Virus record (IMG/VR): IMGVR_UViG_2879469214_000003 | Location: 64,001-127,851 of that record | Strand: one strand, 5' to 3' | Source: a virus | Lineage: Duplodnaviria; Heunggongvirae; Uroviricota; Caudoviricetes | DNA length: 63,851 bases | In this document: piece by piece, positions 58,337 to 63,851 of the stretch | Layout: every line of letters begins with the position of its first letter | Numbering within the stretch: the first letter of the stretch is position 1 | The notes under the pieces: model-generated | Told to the model about the DNA's origin: nothing | The model's database searches: none | Seen by the model: the letters and a program-made list of their open reading frames with translations, nothing else | Program-made: the position numbers and the translations under genes

Positions 58337-59763
58337 ATGACTGATTTGAAGATTTTGATTGAGGCTGGCCTAAATATGGGTCTTAGCGTCAAAAATGTAA
58401 ACCAAGAGATAAAGGCTTTAGCTTCTCATCCCTCCCTCAAATCTCTGAATTTGAAAGTGGATATTGATAAGTCATTTGTTAAAGCAATGAATGAGTTTGT
58501 CTCAGCTACTAAAGTATTAAGTCATGCTTTAGAGCAGCAGCAAAAAGTTGTAAATGAGTCAGTTAAAACAACTAAAATGTTGGATGGCTCAATTGAAAAG
58601 GTAGTACAGCGCCAAATGGCTAATGGCGATATTATCACTAAAAACAGTAAAAAGATTAACGAAGAAACTAAAGCTTACAGCGAGCAAAAGAAAACATTGC
58701 AGCAACTTGAAAAAGAACTAGATGGATACACCTTAGCAAGAACCCGAGCCAATAAGAATAAGCTTGGCGAGATCAATAGCACGACAAATACATATAAAAA
58801 TCAGGCTGGGCAACAAGTAAGCGTCAATGTTGACAATGAAGGCAACGTTAAGAATTACAGTCAGATTACTGATTATCTAAAACAGCAACAAGATGCATTG
58901 CAAAAAGAGCAAGCGATTAATAAGCAACGTGAGCAAGCAGCACAACAGGAATATGCAACACGTAAAGCTTTGGCTGACAAAAATCTCAAAGAAGAAGAAC
59001 AGCGGAATCAGCAATTTCTTAATCAATTGAGAACACGTTTTACAGAGGAGCAGAAAATTGCTCGTGATAGAGACGCTGTAGATAAAGCACATACAGCAGC
59101 TATTAGTGAGAATTTAAACAGGCAAAAAGCTGTTGCAGATATGCAAGCGAAGATAACGTCAGCACAATCCAAGTTTAAGGGTAATTCTTCTGCTGTTGCT
59201 GAATTAAGTGCTCTAAATGCCCAATTGGGCAATGTGTCAAAAGTGAGTAATTACAAGAACGCATTAACTGAATTGCAGACAAAACTCACACAAATTACAT
59301 CTCAAGCTAAATTAGCGGGAAATGAAACTAGAACACTGGGACAACGTTTTGGTGATGCTGCATCTAAGGTAGCTATGTGGGCAGGTGCAACTTCATCTGT
59401 TTATATGGTGACAAGAGCGTTGAGAGATATGGTCAGTGTAGTTATTCAAGTAGATAGCCAAATGACTCAATTGAAACGTGTAATGGATGAATCGACTGAC
59501 TTTGAGGGCATGTTGAGTCGTAGTATTCAATTGGCAAATGAGTTAGGTCGAAGCATTACAGAAGTAAACGAGAATGCTATTGGGTTTGCACGTATGGGAT
59601 TCGATGAAGATCAGACGATGAATCTAGCTAAGACAACCACGTTACTACAGAACATATCTGAGTTAACGCCACAGGAATCGGTAGATACTTTAACAGCAGC
59701 TATGACTATTTTTAACGTTGAAGCTGGTAAGAGTATTGAAATTGCGAATAAGTTGAACGAGAT
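58337..59763 (+). CDS. Tape measure protein, exon 1
   Basis: Coiled coil then TP901-type TMP domain ...SIEIANKLNEI; frame completes with exon 2. Confidence 0.9.
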
Positions 59764-61013
59764 TAAACCGAGTCTCCTCATGCAGCAATGTATGTAGAAA
59801 AATTTGGCTATATCAGGGGAAGCCGAGAGGTCGGTAATCCTGAGGAAAGACCTGTTTATTTACTTTCATCTCCCCCCAAATTCTGGAGGTGCAAGTTTGT
59901 TAATTAAAGATAAATTAATTGAAGTTAAAATCACGAATTACAATAAGAAACATTATCAGAGTTTGGGATATAAATGCGAAAATGAATCTGAGATTTATGT
60001 ATCTCAAGAACAAATACCTCCCTCTTCTAGAATTAAGGTTGAGTGCAGATGCGACTATTGCCTTGAGAACTTTGAAAGAAAAAGAGTTGACGTAAAAACC
60101 ACTACTCTTTGTAGCACAAGATGCAGAAATGAATATTTAAAATTAAACAATCCTAATCCATCAAAAGATAAAATTGAGGTTGCATGTGCTGTCTGTCGCT
60201 CTACATTCTTAGTGAACGAAGCTAAGTACAAAAATCAAACTCACTTTTTATGCTCAAGAAAATGCTACAGCACTCACAGATCAATGTTGTATCATTCAGA
60301 TAATGTGTATAACTATCAGTCCATCTATCGAAAATGTTCGAATTGTGATAAAGAAGTCAAGATTATAGAATATGATTTAACAAATAGGAATAACTCCTTT
60401 TGCTCTCCATCTTGCTATCATGTACATAAAAAGAATAACTTTAGCACTTATTACTTCAATGACAGATTAAATAATAGCAGAAAAGAAACAAAACCAGAAA
60501 AGGCTGTTAGAGAATATTTATCTAAAAGCAATATTAAATTTGAACAAGAGTTTTGCATCCATAATACCTATTTTGCTGATTTTTATTTACCCGACTACAA
60601 TGAAATCATTGAAGTATACGGAGATTACTGGCATTGTAATCCATCCAAATATCCAGAGGATGCGATGCGAACCGAGATGCAAATTCGCAGTATAAATAGA
60701 GATAAAAAGAGAAATGGACATCTAAAACATCTTGGATACAGTGTAAATATTATATGGGAAGAACAAGTTAATAAGAATATTGACCATTTCATGGGGGAAA
60801 TCGTCAATAATATAGTAAATAAACAGGAATCCGCAACGACTACACGCCAAAGTCCTTAGATGATAAGGAACAAGATATAGTCTGAACTGCATAGAACCTA
60901 ATAAAGAATATGCAGAGAGACGGTCAAGTGTAAAGACACTTTGAAGGAGTACCGTCTCCGCTATACTGCTTGTATAGTCAGTAAGGCGAAATATGCCTGA
61001 AAGTAACAGAATG
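59764..61013 (+). mobile_element. Group I intron 1 (1250 nt) with endonuclease ORF
   Basis: P1 GAGAU/GUCUC with U59763-G59772 wobble; R GCAACGACTAC, S AAGATATAGTCT; ends in G; removal restores NEIDNNY. Confidence 0.9.
59897..60859 (+). CDS. Intron-encoded homing endonuclease (Cys-rich repeats plus Vsr-like/EDxHD-type domain)
   Basis: TTG start 6 nt after GGAGGT; CSxxC repeats; ETKPEK...FADFYLP...IIEVYGDYWH; C-terminus overlaps intron core. Confidence 0.8.
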   Translation: MLIKDKLIEVKITNYNKKHYQSLGYKCENESEIYVSQEQIPPSSRIKVECRCDYCLENFERKRVDVKTTTLCSTRCRNEYLKLNNPNPSKDKIEVACAVCRSTFLVNEAKYKNQTHFLCSRKCYSTHRSMLYHSDNVYNYQSIYRKCSNCDKEVKIIEYDLTNRNNSFCSPSCYHVHKKNNFSTYYFNDRLNNSRKETKPEKAVREYLSKSNIKFEQEFCIHNTYFADFYLPDYNEIIEVYGDYWHCNPSKYPEDAMRTEMQIRSINRDKKRNGHLKHLGYSVNIIWEEQVNKNIDHFMGEIVNNIVNKQESATTTRQSP

Positions 61014-61167
61014 TGATAACAACTACGCAATTACAACTCAGAACCTTGCACTGTCTATGACAAAAGCAGGTGCAAGCGCCAATACCTTTGGTGTTTCAAT
61101 GGAAAAATTGTTGGGCGATACAACTGCAATTACAACAGCGACAAGAGAAAGTGGATCAGTGGTCGGT
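61014..61167 (+). CDS. Tape measure protein, exon 2
   Basis: 154 nt encoding DNNYAITTQNLALSMTKAGASANTFGVSMEKLLGDTTAITTATRESGSVVG. Confidence 0.9.
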
Positions 61168-61436
61168 AAAAATGTTGCCGCCTAATATGGGAACATATTA
61201 GTGAAAAATCTCTACTTATTGACTTGGATCTCCCACTGGGACAACAAGGGGCAAGTTTAAATACAGCCTGAACGACTAAGTGTAGAGATGTCCAGAACGG
61301 ACAAAGCGATAGTCTGAACTCTATGGGAACATAGAGAGAAGTACTCAAGTGTAAAGACACTTTTGGAAGAAGTGCTTCCGCTATACTGTCAATGTATAGT
61401 CAGTAGGATATTGATGTATCTGAAAGTAACAGAATG
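61168..61436 (+). mobile_element. Group I intron 2 (269 nt, no ORF)
   Basis: P1 CGGU/GCCG with U61167-G61177 wobble; R GAACGACTAA, S GCGATAGTCT; same 3' end CTGAAAGTAACAGAATG; removal restores VVGNSLKSIYSRI. Confidence 0.9.
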
Positions 61437-63851
61437 AACTCACTTAAATCCATTTACTCGCGTATCACCTCAATGAGTAAATCAGAAGACGTACTAAGTG
61501 GCGTTGGTGTAGCCATGAAGGATATGAATGGTGAAGTTAGAGATGTCTCGTCCATTCTCGACGATTTAGCAGGAAAATGGTCAGGATTATCCAAAGAACA
61601 ACAACAAAATACAGCAGTTCAACTTGCCGGGCGTTATCAGCTAAGTCGGTTTTTAAGTCTCATGCAAAATTATGACATATCTGTTCAAGCTACAGAAACA
61701 GCCCTCAACTCTCAAGGTTCAGCTACACGAGAAAATGAGAAATACATGGCATCCCTCGAAGCACGTATCCAGAAGATGAAAACTGCTTGGGAAACAATGT
61801 CCCTTGCCTTCGGAGACGCAATAATCTCCGACTCAATTGTAACTCTTACCTCTCTCATAGCCTCCATGTTAAACGGTGTTGCTAAAGTAGTCGATGTGGT
61901 AGGCGCTCTCCCTGTCATCTTTGGTGTGGCAAGCGTTGCTCTTCTCGGCCTTCATCTAGGCTTCCGTATGCTTATTATCGAGATGACTAAAACTATTGCA
62001 TCTCTGTTTGGTCTCACTATTCAAACTGGCACAGCTTCCGCAGGACTAAATAGATTCTCTCTTTCTACTATTGCATCTAAAATATCTCTTTTGGGTCTAT
62101 CCGGTGCAGCAAATATAGCTAAAGTTGCTTTGCGTGGACTGATGATTGCCACTGGTGTTGGAGCTGCTTTTGCCGTATTAGGTTGGGCTATCGAGGGAAT
62201 TGTCGGCCTCTTCTCAGATGCCACTCAAGCTACTGAAGATTTTACTGACAAAACTGAAGCATTAAATGAAAAACAATATGATTTAGCTAACCTCAGAAAA
62301 CTTCAAGAAGAGTACGATTCGCTCTCCAAGAAAACCAGTTTGAATTATGATGAAAAATCAAAATTGGCTCAAATTGAAAGTGAACTGTCTTCAAAATATG
62401 GAATCACTGTTCAAGGAATAGATGGACAAACCAAATCTATTCAAGAAAATAATGAAGCAATAAAATCCGCAATTGAACTCAAAGAAGCGGAACTAAAGAT
62501 AGAACGTGATCGCGCTGAAATTGAATACGCTGCAAACTCACGAGACATTGAAAGTAATATTTCTAAGTACAAAGAGCAATTATTTGCTTTAGAAAAAAGT
62601 AAACAAGCAGCACAAGAAGAATATGATTTACGCACAAAGATTCTTAGTCAAACCAGCACATCAGATCCTTCATATGATGCAAATAGTCGTCACGCTCAGA
62701 ATGCAGCTAAAGCACTGCAAGAAGAATTATCTGCTTACGATGAAACTAACACTAAACTTCAAGAGTATACAAATAAAAAAGCTTTAATTCTTAAAAATGC
62801 AGGTCAAGAATACGTTGATGAGCAGGAACGAAACAACGTTAAAATAAGCGGCATGACTCGCAAATTTATCGATATTTATGCACAGGCTGCCGCTGAAAGT
62901 AAAATTCCAGCCGATCAGATTAAAAATAATATCGGTCAAGTTTTTCAGGGTGTTCAAAGTGGCAACATAAAGAACGCTGAGCAAGGAATGAAACTCTTAG
63001 AGTCCCTACCGGGTGTAGCAAACTTAACTGCTGAATCCTATAGAAATATGGGTGCTGCTATATCTCAAGTTGACTATGCTCCAGTAGTTGAGGGTGTTGA
63101 AAATACCGAGGATGCCGTAGATGGGTTGGGTACTTCCGCTGACCAAACAGGACAAAAAGTTAGCGAAATGTCCAAGAAACTTGATGAACTATCAGTTTGG
63201 GCTACCAATTCAAAAGAAGAAGTTGAACTTTTAAATAAAGCTCAGTCTGAACTCGCGAAAAAGAACACTCTTTCTGCCGACACGATCAAGAAGATGAATG
63301 AAAAGTATGGAGACTTTATTAAGATCACTGGACTTAGTAAAGATTCTATTTTGAAGTTCATAAAAGCAAAAAAAGAAGAGAAAATAGAATTTATCAATGC
63401 TGAAATTAAGAAAACTGAGGCTGCAATTAAAGCTTCAATGACTAGAATCGCTACTGTTGAGCTAGAAATGAGTGCACGACAAAAACTCATTGATCAGATG
63501 AAAGAAGATTACTCGGATATCGCTGGTAAAGATCCATTGGAAGATATCAAGACTGAATCCAGAATGGGTGCTGTAAGATCTGCTGGCGGCAAGCAAGCTG
63601 ACTTAACTTACGAAAAGGAAAAATTATCTGAGTTAATTGCAACGCTACAGACGTGGAAGAGTATAGGGTCTGATACTACTGAGATGATTAAGAATGGCGA
63701 TAAAGCTGTAGAGGATGCAACTAAATCTAACGATAAGTCTAACCAATCTTATACCGACACCAATGAGATTCTAACTGAAACTCAGAAACAGTTTATCAAA
63801 TTGGCTGATGCAATCAAGAAGGTTCAGAATGAGCGCAATACAATGGTTAAG
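61437..63851 (+). CDS. Tape measure protein, exon 3 (continues beyond window)
   Basis: Frame NSLKSIYSRITSM...LAGRYQLSRF read at both ends and in register with the window end; antisense shadow ORFs typical of TMP. Confidence 0.85.

Noticed and set aside
58337-59797. ORF-track 486-aa protein as a complete gene
   Set aside because: Its last codons lie inside intron 1; the conserved TMP motif continues only after splicing
59804-59896. ORF-track N-terminus of the intron ORF (MAISGEAER...)
   Set aside because: Overlaps ribozyme P/Q elements; the SD-supported start is TTG at 59897
294-63490. Many 60-200 aa ORFs antisense to or nested in real genes (e.g. 294..623, 4709..5044, 13098..13433, 51139..51759, 61712..63490 minus set)
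   Set aside because: Shadow frames of codon-biased genes, lacking SDs or recognisable motifs
1-63851. tRNA or rRNA genes
   Set aside because: No cloverleaf or rRNA-like segment recognised by eye; tRNAscan-SE would be needed to exclude them

Overview
About 64 kb of a large AT-rich SPbeta-like temperate phage or prophage of a Bacillales host; RsfA and solo LytTR/AgrB genes hint at Paenibacillaceae (inference). Left arm (1-34.9 kb, mostly minus strand): early and accessory genes, including an AAA ATPase, an SSB-like protein, a guanylate kinase, a 3D-domain protein, dozens of small ORFs, a helicase-like protein and a tyrosine recombinase. It also holds a lysogeny hub: orphan MazF, YopQ/SroE-like protein and MrpR/YopR repressor, followed by a kinase-less Agr-type peptide cassette (membrane protein, AgrB, an unannotated AgrD, solo LytTR). 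Right arm (35-63.8 kb, plus strand): YonO-type single-subunit RNA polymerase, HU, terminase, portal, protease/scaffold, capsid and tail genes, three glycosyltransferases, and a tape-measure gene split by two group I introns, one encoding a homing endonuclease. Read directly from the sequence: UACAU (Bacillus MazF site) repeatedly placed in sense-strand leaders and SD-to-start spacers; about 20 T(G/A)AAA-N6-TTT(T/C)A palindromes at gene junctions; a repeated TTACACnAAAATAATAC box at promoters; a dif-like site at a local strand-skew inversion beside the recombinase; and probable ATA/ATT starts on head-packaging genes. Family calls come from motif recognition only, with no database searches, and motif counts are manual.
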